DNA of 63,538 nucleotides, filler included, from Atractiella rhizophila (lineage: Eukaryota), in NCBI GenBank assembly GCA_021432655.1. It is 8 parts of 7 records of this genome, joined end to end, with 100 filler letters (N's around TTAATTAATTAA, not from the genome) between each part and the next. Parts side by side here need not be neighbours in the genome. Positions count along the whole stretch, not along the records: positions 14,655 to 44,850 come from MU271588.1; 7 more parts are not named here. One strand, 5' to 3'. Shown piece after piece: positions 23,598-34,900 of this stretch. The notes under the pieces are model-generated. The model saw nothing but the letters and a program-made list of their open reading frames with translations. It ran no database searches and was not told where the DNA came from. The position numbers and the translations under genes are program-made. Positions within the stretch are counted from its first letter, which is position 1; the number at the start of each line of letters is the position of its first letter.

Positions 23598-23932
23598 TGA
23601 TATCGAAATCCGAAAAAACCATGCCGTCGCCCCTACTTGCCACCTCGGTACTTCGGATCGTTGGGAGAAGATTTTCCAAAGATGGTACTTCAAATATCTA
23701 GGTCAAATGGCAAAGAGCGATACGGTCGCTTCTACTTGGGTCGACGCTTTCGGAAACCCCCTCTTGAAATCGGCCGCCCCCTCGTCCTCTGACAAACCTA
23801 ACGCGAAAGGCCCCTTCAACTACAATTCTGGAAACCCCTTTCGTTCGAACTCCAACTCCTCCGATTCGTATCGCCCTAACTACCGCCAATCAAACCAAAA
23901 GGACAGGGATAAAGAAGGGAGTACTCCCTTTC

Positions 23933-26112
23933 GTGGAGAAAGCGACAGCCCCCTTCCCTGCATCAGATGCAACAACCCTGGCCACGTCGTCAAGGAGTGC
24001 AAAGCAAAGAAAATCGCTAATTGCCCCTCGTCGAAAAAGGATCTCGCCGCCTCCACTCAGCAGGATGGCAAACTGCTCCGTCAAAGAGACGGTAGCAAGA
24101 TTTGCTTCTTCCATCAACAGCGCTCTGGCTGCAAGTGGGGAGAGAGATGCCTTGGTGGACTCCATATTTGTTCCCTCTGCGAAAGAGACAATTGTGGAGC
24201 TTCTCGACACGCTCCCCGTCCCCATTGAGGTTCCCTTTCCTGTTTTCGAACCAACAGTTTCAATTCAATTCCCTGGTATCCCCTCGCATCAAATTATCTC
24301 ACCTTACAACGCCTCCGAATTTCGCAATCTTATAATCGAGTGCGGGCTACAACACCAATTTCTTAACGACAAAGTCAATATCCCTTACGGCATTACTAAC
24401 GGTTTCGATCTCGGTATAGTCAACATCGACCCTATAAAAATCATCGCTCCGAACACGTCCCTCTCCAAAATGCGTCCCGAGCAAATTCAATTCGTGAAGA
24501 CTTTTTGCGAAGAAGAAAAAGAACTAGGACGGCTTCTTGGCCCCTTCTCCGAAATCGATTTGGATAATCATTTCAATGGCCTTTGGCGCACCAGCCCCAT
24601 CACAGTTGTCCAGCCCCATCACAGTTGTCCAGCCCCATCACAGTTGTCGACAAGGCCGGAGCACCAGGAGAATTTCGCTTGGTAATCGATTTCTCGCGTG
24701 ATGCTTCATTAAAAGCCACAGATGGCACCATCACTAAGTTCGCCTCCATCAATTCCTTCATTAATCCAGACGACTTCCCATGCGAATGGACCACCTTCTC
24801 TGACACATTAGCTCTTTTCCTCTCCCTCCCAGAAGACTCTGAAGCCCTAGTTCTCGATGTCAAAGCCGCATTTCGTACCTTCTCTACCCATCCGAAATCT
24901 CGTCCCTTTCTCTGCTTTCAAGACTTCGACGGCAACTTCTGGTCCGATTCCGTGGGCTCCTTTGGCGTCTCCTCGTGTCCAGGCATTTTCGGACAAATCG
25001 ACGACTGTTGGGTAGAGATAGTTAGGTCTAAAGTGTGTAAGTTGGTAGTGAAATGGGTCGATGATCACGTTCTCTTCCATTCGCACTCCCTGGGTGTATC
25101 CTGGGATAAGGAGGATCTTCTCCCTCTACTCCAGCGCCTCGGGGTCCACATGCATCCCAAAAAGTGCTTCGACTTCGCGCCGGTCTTCAAGTACATCGGC
25201 TTCATCTGGGACATCAAAAATAAATCCGTCTCTTTACCCCGCCTCAAATTCTTAAAGGCTATTTTACTCGTATCCTTCTGGCTCAACGATGGTTTCACAT
25301 TTCAAAGAAATGATGCGTTCGTGTCTTTACCCCTCTTCCCTCTTCGCCACCTATCATTGCAGAAGCTGACCCCGCTTAGAGAATCGTTGCAGGGCTTTCT
25401 TTCACACATCGTACCCATCTTCCCCTTCCTTCACCCTTACCTGCGCAAAGTCTATAAACTCACAGCGGCCTTTATCGAAAAAGAAAAGCGCATTAGTAAG
25501 GCTTACTCCTCTTCGATTCGACTTAACATTGCCGACCCTCTGCGACGAGACCTCCTTTTCTGGTTCGACACCCTATTGTCTTCCCCACCGATCCTCTTCC
25601 CCAGCAACCCAAATTCAGTTTTACGTTTGCAATGGTTCGGCGACTCTTCCACTTCGTGGGGTTGTGCTTCCTTACTAGGCTTTCGCTGGTCAGCTTGGAA
25701 GTGGACTCTGCAGAAGCCAGAAAGAAAAATCGGCCTTGGAGAGACTTTGGCCGTCGAACTTGGAATTTACCTCCTTCATTCACTCGCTTCATCACCACAA
25801 CACCCTCTCAACAAACCCCAAACCAGCCTCTGCGCAGTCGAAGTCCTCACAGATAATATGGGTGTCCTGGGTATTTTGGAAAAAGGCTGGGCTGATAACG
25901 AAGAATACAACGACTCGTTAAAACGAATCTTCGCTACCTGTCGTTCTCTTAACATCGTCCTCATTCCTGTTTATGTGCGTTCTGAAGATAATCTCGCCGA
26001 TCTCCCCTCTCGTGGCGTTTTCTCTTCCCTAGATTCATCTAATTTTGTTAGCATTCAGCCTCCTTCCCCACTTTCCTCTGTTGTTGTGGGTTTCTCCGTT
26101 GCACCTTTTTAG
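23933..26112 (+). pseudogene. Reverse transcriptase / RNase H ORF, frameshifted, overlapping the gag 3' end
   Basis: GRLLGPF, FRLVIDFS, LDVKAAFR, FGVSSCPGIF, WVDD; RNase H GDSS, GETLA, TDN, DNLADLPSRG; 19-bp triplication shifts frame; probable intron 25317-25379. Confidence 0.93.
24591..24647 (+). repeat. 19-bp unit x3 (CCAGCCCCATCACAGTTGT)
   Basis: Three exact copies; collapsing to one restores RTSPITVVDKAG. Confidence 0.97.
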
Positions 26113-26364
26113 CATATTTCCCGTGCCTTATTTTCACTTCATGCTGAAACCATCTATATTCCCCTACCTTCATCTCACATTTCCGCTCATCTCAGTAGCA
26201 TCATTATCTCACATAGCATTATCTTATCTCAGCCCGCCTCATCTGTGTAATCATATTAGTTGTAGTCCATTTTTGAGTCACACTTAGAAGTGGAACGCTC
26301 ACTCACTCATATCAGTGCACTCTCCTCCCCCCTGACCTTCTTGCTCCCCTTTTTTTTTCACGCC

Positions 26365-27963
26365 ATGTTCAAAAATTACCCTCCTTCCCCTCGCACATCC
26401 ACCAGAACCTCCAGACGCCCACAAATAATCATACCCCCTCAACCTCTCACCGCGCCCTCCGAAAGAGACAAAGCACGCCTTTTGCCTTACTTTCCAACTT
26501 CACATCTAAATCAGGACTGCGATTTCTCGAGACTTCTCTCAGATTTTGCCCAAGCGGTTTCAGAACTAGACAGTTTTAAGCTCGGCAGCAATCCCTTAAC
26601 ACCCAAAGTCAAAGCCTCGGAAAGGATGTTTTGTTGGTCAGGTACCTTCTTCTAGTGCATTGTCTCTTTCCACATTGCATTAACACAGTTCCGCTCAACA
26701 ATAGGCCCTTCCATACCCTCCCAAGGACACCTCATTATTAACCATCCTGTCATCACTCATCTCCAAAAACTCGCGACCAAGAATGCCTGGGCCCCCGCAA
26801 CTTTGGAAACCTACTCCTCCGCACTCCCCAAGTTTATGGAATTCTGTGACAAAATGGGAATTCCCCACGACCAACGATTCCCTATGACCCCCCAATTGGT
26901 TTCCTCCTTCGTTTTATGGGCTTCTGGCCCCAAGGATTCATACCCTGGCGCATTGGGTCCGAAGAAGGAGATCGCTGTTAGCACAGCCACAGGCTACGTC
27001 AGCGCTTTTCACGCATGGCACCTCATTCAGGGTTACCCTTGGGTATGGGACGACAAACCCCATGAACTCGTTCTATGGAGTCGCGGACTCGCCCGGCTCC
27101 AGGGAAACTCCCATAAGAAGCCCCCTCGCCCCGCCATAACTCTGCAGATGATCTCCCTTCTCATCGACAATCTCAGTCACGACGATTGCTTCGACGCCGC
27201 GGTTCTAGCCTGCGCCTTGGTCACCTTCTTTAGTCTCTTCCGCCTGGGGGAAACCACAGTTCGCAGCGTCCGCAATTACGACCCACTAGACGCGATCACC
27301 AGGAAAGATGTCGTCTATCATCTATCACCCGATGGTATCCCCTTTTACAAAATCCTCCTTCGTCACGACAAGACGCTGGACGTGAGTGACATCCGTATCT
27401 TGCGTTTCGTGCAATTAAGGGTTGGCAAATGGTGGATTATGGATCTTGTCAACAATCATCTAGCCCGCAATCTCTCCTCCGATCCAGATGCACATTTCTT
27501 CGGCTACTTCTCTTCCAAGTCCAAGTCGTTTCGTCCTCTCACAAAAGACGCATACATCACTCATGTCAACCAAGTTTGGTCTACCTTTGGTTACCCTCAT
27601 ATAACCGGTCACAGTCATCGCATTGGTGGCGCTTCCTTAATGCTTAACCTGGGATTCGAAATCGAGTTTATTCGCATCATCGGCCGCTGGAAGTCTATCT
27701 CTTACGCCCTTTACCTGCGTCTCTTGGACGAGTTTATTCCCAACAGCTTAGCTAAAATTACATTCCTTATCGACATGAAGAAGCGTTCCCAATTCACTCC
27801 CTCCCTCACGTCAAACCCTCAGGTCATCAAAGATCTGGCCATTTTGGAACAGTCTTACCTCGACACCTTCCAACAGTCGTCCTCTCCCAAGGGAAGAAAC
27901 ATCGCAAAGAAAGTCGAAGCTACTCAGTCCCGTTCCATCAAGGAAAGGAACGGTCAAAAATGA
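26365..27963 (+). CDS. Tyrosine recombinase of the retroelement, join(26365-26641,26705-27963)
   Basis: Catalytic set FRLGE, DKT, GHSHRIGG, GRWKS, YALY; upstream ORF is in frame, separated by one TAG lying in a 63-nt GT-AG segment. Confidence 0.9.
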
Positions 27964-28051
27964 TGCAGCTCACTTTAGGCTGGGAGCTGGTCGTGCCTCT
28001 CATGGGTAGGTCAGAGTGCTAGCTGCTCTCCCAGGCACTCACAGCCTTTTG

Positions 28052-28603
28052 GGGTGAGCGCTTCTGCCCTTTTTCAGCGGGTTCTTGCGCTTTGTAGTCG
28101 AACAAAACAATAGTTAGTTACTCATTTCTTTCATCCTCTATTTCGACTACAAAGTGCAACAACCCACACACCGCTCTATAGTACAAAGCAAAGTTGCCAT
28201 CCTCAGCTTGCACAAATAGTGAAGTTTCAAAAATGAGGCACGAAGAAGCGAAAGTTGCGTTTGTGCACGTGAGGCGCTTACTTTGCTTGCAAGCAAAGTC
28301 GACCATCGCCTCACACTCAGGTCTGCTGCTCCTCACTCGCAAGCAGTCTTCATATGCGTTCTCTTTTTAAGTCCCACCCACCCGTCCCCTTGCTTCCTCC
28401 AAGTCTATAGAGCATGCTATCCAAATCCTCGTTGGTTAGGGTGAGCGCTTCTGCCTTTTTTCAGCGGGGTCTTGCGCTTTGTAGTCGAACAAAACAATAG
28501 TTAGTTACTCATTTCTTTCATCCTCTATTTCAACTACAAAGTGCAACAACCCACACACCGCTCTATAGTACAAAGCAAAGTTGCCATCCTCAGCTTGCAC
28601 AAA
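28052..28603 (+). repeat. 3' split repeats B1-A2-spacer-B2 (165, 156, 66, 165 bp)
   Basis: B1 and B2 differ at about three positions; A2 abuts B1 at CACAAA|TAGTG. Confidence 0.95.
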
Positions 28604-31078
28604 CATCGAAAGTCGACTGAAGACATGACAGAGGCGTCCAAATCTGCCAGCGCCATTGTCATCGGATACTGGAATAGCTCAATTAACGCCGGCAGTTCAC
28701 TTACGGCCGTCAACCCGTCCGAAAAAAGTCGTTGAACTTCTGTGACTGACTGGGAACATGAGTTCGCGGGTCAGTAAGATCTGACCTCAGGCTGCTCCAC
28801 TCGATACTTTACGTCGTTACGACTTACGCCCCACTTGTTAATTCAAATGTAGACTTTGCATAGTTTGGAACAGATCTCGGAATGCTAGAAAATTGTCACC
28901 TCGTTAGCCTCGTTCGTCCCGTTCGTGAGCCATTGCGACAAGGGCGCTGCCAAACAAACGTACCGCGAGGTTGGGATGGTGCGGCTGTTGACGGACGAAC
29001 CAAAACGGCTGAGCAAGTCGCAATTGAAATGAAACTGCCGCAGCTGGATGAGATGTCAGTTGACTGGAGCTGGACAGGACAAGACCAGGAGCAGCATGCA
29101 AGGATGCGATGGTAACAATTAACGTCACTACAGAACGAGACTCGACAGGAGTCACTAATCCACCGAAGAAGACATGGCTCATTTCGCTTTCTTCGCGACT
29201 ATGAAGAGCATCGCAATTCTATTCATGTGAGAATTGACAGAAGAATCATGAAACTAATCCACTTGGGGCCCACAAAGCCAGCTTCGATATTCAATGCCTG
29301 GTCCAGGTAACCATTTGCAACACGGAGATCGGATACCTTGGGCGCACGAGACGAACGAGCAGGAGCTTCCCAGAACAATCATGGCACTTGATTTTTTGGT
29401 AATGAAAGGATAGCATGGAATCGAACTCTGACTCAGAAATCAAGGTCTTAAATCCCCCCTCTGAATATCTGAATGTTGAATAGACAGTGGACAGGTTTCT
29501 GGACAGGTTTGGATCCCAGACTGAATTGCAAACTCGCTAGCGGTTTCCCGATCCGACTGCGGCCAGCTACACTGTCACGCAAACCTTATCTAGAAGGACA
29601 CCACAGGTGAGCTTGGACTGGACGAAAAGGAATGTCAAAATGTCAACCAGGGCGAATAATGATGAACATATAAAAGAGGCTGAAGAGATGCCATCTCACT
29701 CCCTCAAGACTCTCAGCTACCTCTGCAAACTCTACCGATTAGACCAGAACTCTCAAGTCAATGGAAGGTACCCTCCGCCAGTTGAGATTTGTGGCAAGTC
29801 TCCATCTTTTCTTGTCATTCATACAGCCGACAGTGGTCTTTGCAGGCCGTATCAGATCAAACCTACTTCATCGAGCTGAATGGAGAAGAACACATCATTC
29901 CTCAAGAGATGGTGTTGACCGTCCTCGCTGGATTGCTTGCCCGTACAGTCTTTCACATTTACTTTCCTGCTGAGGGGTACTGAGGAATTAGATAGGACAC
30001 TGTTCAGAAGTCCCTGTCAATCAAACTGAACATCATGGGTGATGGAATTGCTGGCCTGCTCCAACGTGCTCCGCCGACCTCGTCTTTTCCAAATCGCATC
30101 ACGTGCTTCACAAAATTTTCCTTCCCCTTCTCCCAGAAACCACGTCCTGTCCACATTGTATACGTGAAACTAAACTAATCCATGTCGTTCTTCTCCTATT
30201 TCTATTCGAATCAGCAATAACCTGAATAAAGGAGACTGCTGAATCTGCAATTCCTACCCCTTTCGATCTTCAGACTAGAGTTAACACTGGTTGCCGCCTA
30301 ATACACGAGCAAGCGGTCGAGCAAATCAAAATACCAAGTTAATCTTTCGGTCCTTCATTTCAATCCCTTATATCATCTCCAGTCGTGGAACAGGATGCAA
30401 ATTGAGAAACAGACAAGCTGATCCATACTAAAACGTTTCAAATGGCTTCACTTCTCCCTCATTACAACAATCAAAGAAGCTGGGCTCCCTAACAAGCAGA
30501 CAATCCACATCTACCGATGGTGTACACCAAACACAGGAGGCAAAGAGCAAGAAGGAGGTCGTCTGACAGAGCCTTAAGAAGTACGCCTTTGAACGTTCAC
30601 GTTTGGATAAACTTGGCGAGCGCAGGACACATCAAGAATTGATCCACTCACGATATATCGATAACAAAGCATTCCATCCCCCACATCTCTTGTGCTGAAC
30701 TGAGCTCTCGTTTCAACTTCAACGGCTGCTAACCCCTAACTCTCCTTCTGGCGTCATCCAGTCACAACATTGAGCTGCATATCTTGTGGAGATACGAATG
30801 AACAGTGGAACCGATGAGATATGGCGAGGGATTTAAGGCAGCATATTCGACTTCTGACATTTGAAATGTTGGTGTGCGCAGGTAGGCGCGTGTAGGCGCA
30901 GACGAGAATTCACCTTGAGGACCTGCACAAACTATTATTGTCCGCATTGAAGCTAAATATTAATATTGTATAACGTCCATCATCTCTCAGGATCTCAGGA
31001 CTCTCTCTAGGTGAAGGAATATCTAGTTCTATGTTCTGAAGCTCACACAGCTGTCCAGCACCGCTTCCACTTCCCACC

Positions 31079-31600
31079 ATGTCTGCACCCCCCGAGCTAG
31101 GAACAGCCGAAGGCATCACCCTCTCCCCAGCTCAAACAACGACCGCACAAAACGTCGTCCTAATCTTCAGAGGGCAATGTACACCTTCCATCCTGGACAG
31201 CTTTTCCGAATCCTGCATCTTCGAAGACCCTTTCGCACACGCCGTCGGTCGACGCGAATGGTCCGCCCAATTCTACGGCCTCGCGAAGCTTTTTGAGGTC
31301 GAGACTTCGAACGAGGTCGTGGTGCTGGCGGAGGAGGGGAAGATTGCTATCGATTGTGATATCGAGTATAAGATGAAGGCGATGAAGAAGGTGGTTAATT
31401 GGAAAACTACTGGACAACTTTATGTCGAGACGGACGCGGAGGGAAAGGTGGTTAGGCTTGAGGATAGGTGGGAGAGGGATGGCGTGCTCTTGAAGGAGAA
31501 GTTTTGGGGAGTCAGGAACTTCTTTAGGAGACAGAATGCGAGGATGTTTCCCATCTTTATTTCTATTCCGAAACCCACGGACGAACGAAAGAATAGGTAA
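31079..31600 (+). CDS. SnoaL/NTF2-like fold protein (173 aa, intronless)
   Basis: FEDPFAHAVGR..QFYGL and GKVVRLEDRW patterns typical of fungal SnoaL-like proteins. Confidence 0.75.
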   Translation: MSAPPELGTAEGITLSPAQTTTAQNVVLIFRGQCTPSILDSFSESCIFEDPFAHAVGRREWSAQFYGLAKLFEVETSNEVVVLAEEGKIAIDCDIEYKMKAMKKVVNWKTTGQLYVETDAEGKVVRLEDRWERDGVLLKEKFWGVRNFFRRQNARMFPIFISIPKPTDERKNR

Positions 31601-31960
31601 CTTGGTTAGAGGTGTGACGTTCTTTTGTTGCTTCACAAACTTTGATGTTGCTTGGGTGTCTTGATGACTTTACAAATTAATGTTGTTCTGCGAAGCTCGA
31701 TGAGCAATAGATAGAAGCAATGGATTCAGGGTCGCGTTCAAGTAATGTTTATCGAAGGAGTATCATTGTCTGCCTCAACTTGGCTTCAAGATCGCCATAG
31801 CAGCCTTTCTAGTCAACTCTTCACGTGTCCGCTACCTCTGCGCGACGAGTACATATCTTCCTGCTCGTTCGGGGGACCTTCCGAAGCCGAAGTAGAAGTT
31901 TGCCCTCGGTTGTTGAAAACAAGCTGCCAGCCAGTGAGAGCAACACAGAAGCAGGTGACC

Positions 31961-34900
31961 ATGTACTTCCCAACATCCATCCCCACGCTCCTCTCCTTCT
32001 CCACAACCTCAGTCCCCCTCGGTCCCTCCAGCCATCCGCCGCCGAACCCGCGCGCATCGCTCCCAAATGTCGGAGAAGAGGGCACAGGCGAGATATTGCA
32101 GATTGAAAGAAACAGCAGGGGGGATAAGTGGATTGCTTTGACTGGAGAGGAGGTGGCGCTTTGGAATGTGAGAGTGAGTGTTTTTGTTGTGCGGTTGGGT
32201 TTCACTTTGGAGAAGCGCGTTATGCGTTATGATGACTGCTTCTTTGATTTACTTGCATGTCGCACGGTTGGGAGAGTCTGGTATAATGATCGACATGTTA
32301 ACATGTCTGAAGCCAGCATCTCTCTTGCAGACACGGAAGTGCAGGTTGTAGATGCTTCAAAAGAGCTGCTGCGCTGCTGCTTAGCATGAAAGCTCCATGT
32401 GTCGCTTCGGTATACTAGAAGTAGATGATCCTCTGCTTTGAGCCTTCTTCAGTGGTACATATGCCACTAGCAATCTCTTTGAAAAGGAACATGTAAAAGG
32501 TCTTCCTGTTCTAGAGTATATAATTTGCACTCAACGATCCATCAGTCATCTGGATTTATCGACTAGTTGGAAGCCGCTCTTACGTAGTTACTGTGTTCAA
32601 GAACATGAAGACATGAAACTCCCTGTTTTTGTCGCAGGAATCAATATTTGGACATTGAACTTGCACAAAACGTTGTCATTGTCGCGTCCACTTGCCGCTC
32701 TAGCGATTGTCTCCTTCATCTAGTATGTCTTGTTGTCACAGGAGTAATCGACCAAACTATACAAGAGAGAGAGAAGTCGGGGAGGGTGACGTTTTAATTT
32801 CAACTGAATTCCAAGCTCCCCTGTGTAGACGATTATAGAGAGATAGACGTCGCACGCAACATCTCTGTCAACGCATCCCGTCTCTCCTTTTGTGACGCTG
32901 ACTTCTATATCTCTCCACAGCCTACAGTCGCAATCGCCAAAGTACGACGAACAGCTCAAAGCTTACGAACCCACGGTCCCAACAAGAGCGTAGTTTGGAA
33001 ACCAGACGGAACCGTATTCGCCGTGCAGGTTCGGCTCTTCTTCCCTTCCTCCCTTCTGGTCACTAATCTGAGGGAACTGTGCACGGAACACTAGACGCGC
33101 TCAAATACGGTTTTTTTCTACTCTATCGCGCTCATACCTCCTCCTGCGGACACCGTTTATAAGGTTCCATCAAGTGCGACGTTTGGGACCGGACCGGGGG
33201 AGGGAGGGGAGATGAAGGGTGTTTTGGTCGAGGGCGTAGGGGATGCTGGGCTCGGAGTCGGAGAAGGTGTTGGTTGGTACGTCTTTCTGCAGTCTTTTGC
33301 TTTTTTGATGTTTGATGTGATCGAGACTGGCTGATTGACCGTATCGTAGCATGGCTGCCACGCCGACTCATTTGCTCGTTTCGATCCTGAACCCGGCTTC
33401 TATACGCTCCATTCCTTGGCCTTCTCCTCCTACGCTGCCTAAAGACCAAACCTCAATACCTCCACCTCCTACCCCTAATCCTCAGAAGGTCATAGTTGAT
33501 ATAATGGACCGCTGGGACTTTCTCCTGTTCCAAAATGGTAGGTTCTTCCCGTCTTCACCCTGCCTACGTACATGCTCAACTCCTTGCACAGTGACGATAA
33601 CCTACATGTCCTACTCCCGCTCCCTCGCCGTCTACTTCCTCATAACATCCGACGGTCGAGCATACGTAGCCAAATCCCGTCGCACACCTCCCTCCGGTCC
33701 TGCAGCTCGGAAACGGCGAAGATCGTCCCTATCAGCCACGTCCCCACGACGGTCTCACTTGTCTAACCATAACCAGAGCAAGCAATCGCTCGACTCGAAC
33801 GGGACCCTACTCTATCGGCCGGAGGAGAGCGAGACGTCGGATTCGGAGGCGGATCGCGATCGAGATCGTGAGGATGATGATGAGGAGGAAGAGGAGGAAC
33901 GGGAGGGGGAAGGCAGAGGTGGTCAGAGTGAGGCTTTGGATGGGTTGGAGGAGAAGGAGAATAGGTGGTTTGGACGGTGTTTTTATGGAGCTGAGTGGGA
34001 GGATGAGCCTTCAAACTTGGAGTGGAGTGTCGGGGGAACAGGAGGAGAGGGGAACACGAGTGTTGATTTTGAGGATGAGGAGGAGGAGGAGGAGAGGAGG
34101 GAAGAGAGGAATGAAAAGTGGAGGAGGAGCGATGGGAAAGGAGCCAGAGTGTTAGCGGTCAATGGCAAGTTCTCCATCGTTTCCTTGGGTCTAGAAGAGT
34201 GCGTCGATCTTGCATCCAGCCAAATAGTACTTGTGATGGCTGACCAAGTTATGTGATTGATAGTGGGTCCATTGCGCATTTCTCATTGGCTTTGTCTTCA
34301 AATTTCACATCCTCCCCCCAACTCCCACCTCAAGCGCTTCCCCTCCTTCCGGCTGTGCATCCTCTCTATGTGGCGTCCCTCAAAGATTCGTTGAACTCCA
34401 CATCGAGCAACTTCTCAACCGGCTCCGTATCCACGCTTAGCTGGTTCGCCAACCCTTTCATCCTCTCTGCCATTTTAAATGACCCTTCGTCTCACTGAAC
34501 AGGACGTCTGATGGGTATGCCCTTGCGGTGGGATGGAAGAAGGGGTGGAGCATTTGGTCCGTCTTCGGAAGGCTAAATTGTTGGTCGAATGATGGACGGA
34601 CAAATGGGATCGAGAATGAAGAAGAAGTTGAATTGGTCAATATTCGCTTTCAGGATCATTTCATGAAGGGTGTAAAGGGCATGGTGCGCTTTCACTCCTT
34701 AAACTTCTCATACGTTATGCCTCTAACGAGATTATCTTGTAGTTCTGGGCGGCGGGTAATCTAGAGTTGACTGTGTTGGCTGGTGCAACCGTTGCACCAA
34801 GAGGCAAAGGTAGGTGCGTGCGACGCATATGATAAAGCAATGGCTTAACTTGACGTGTTTCTAGTGCACGACGAGCAACTCTTCATCATCCCTTTCGCAA

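Larger units (their letters stand above)
21049..24228 (+). pseudogene. Gag-like ORF1, spliced and disrupted
   Basis: Exon 21049-22146, intron 22147-22630, then coding to 24228 with CCHC knuckle CIRCNNPGHVVKEC and a Cys/His cluster; broken by a 145-bp duplication and a solo LTR. Confidence 0.8.
20776..28603 (+). mobile_element. Tyrosine-recombinase retrotransposon (DIRS order, Ngaro-type), structurally complete but inactivated
   Basis: Split direct repeats A1 20776-20931, B1 28052-28216, A2 28217-28372, B2 28439-28603; gag, RT/RNase H and YR ORFs in order; no methyltransferase ORF seen; no target-site duplication. Confidence 0.95.

Noticed and set aside
32229..32310. C/D box snoRNA (ATGATGA...CTGA) in RIC1 intron 1
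   Set aside because: No convincing terminal stem and no rRNA or snRNA complementarity I could identify.
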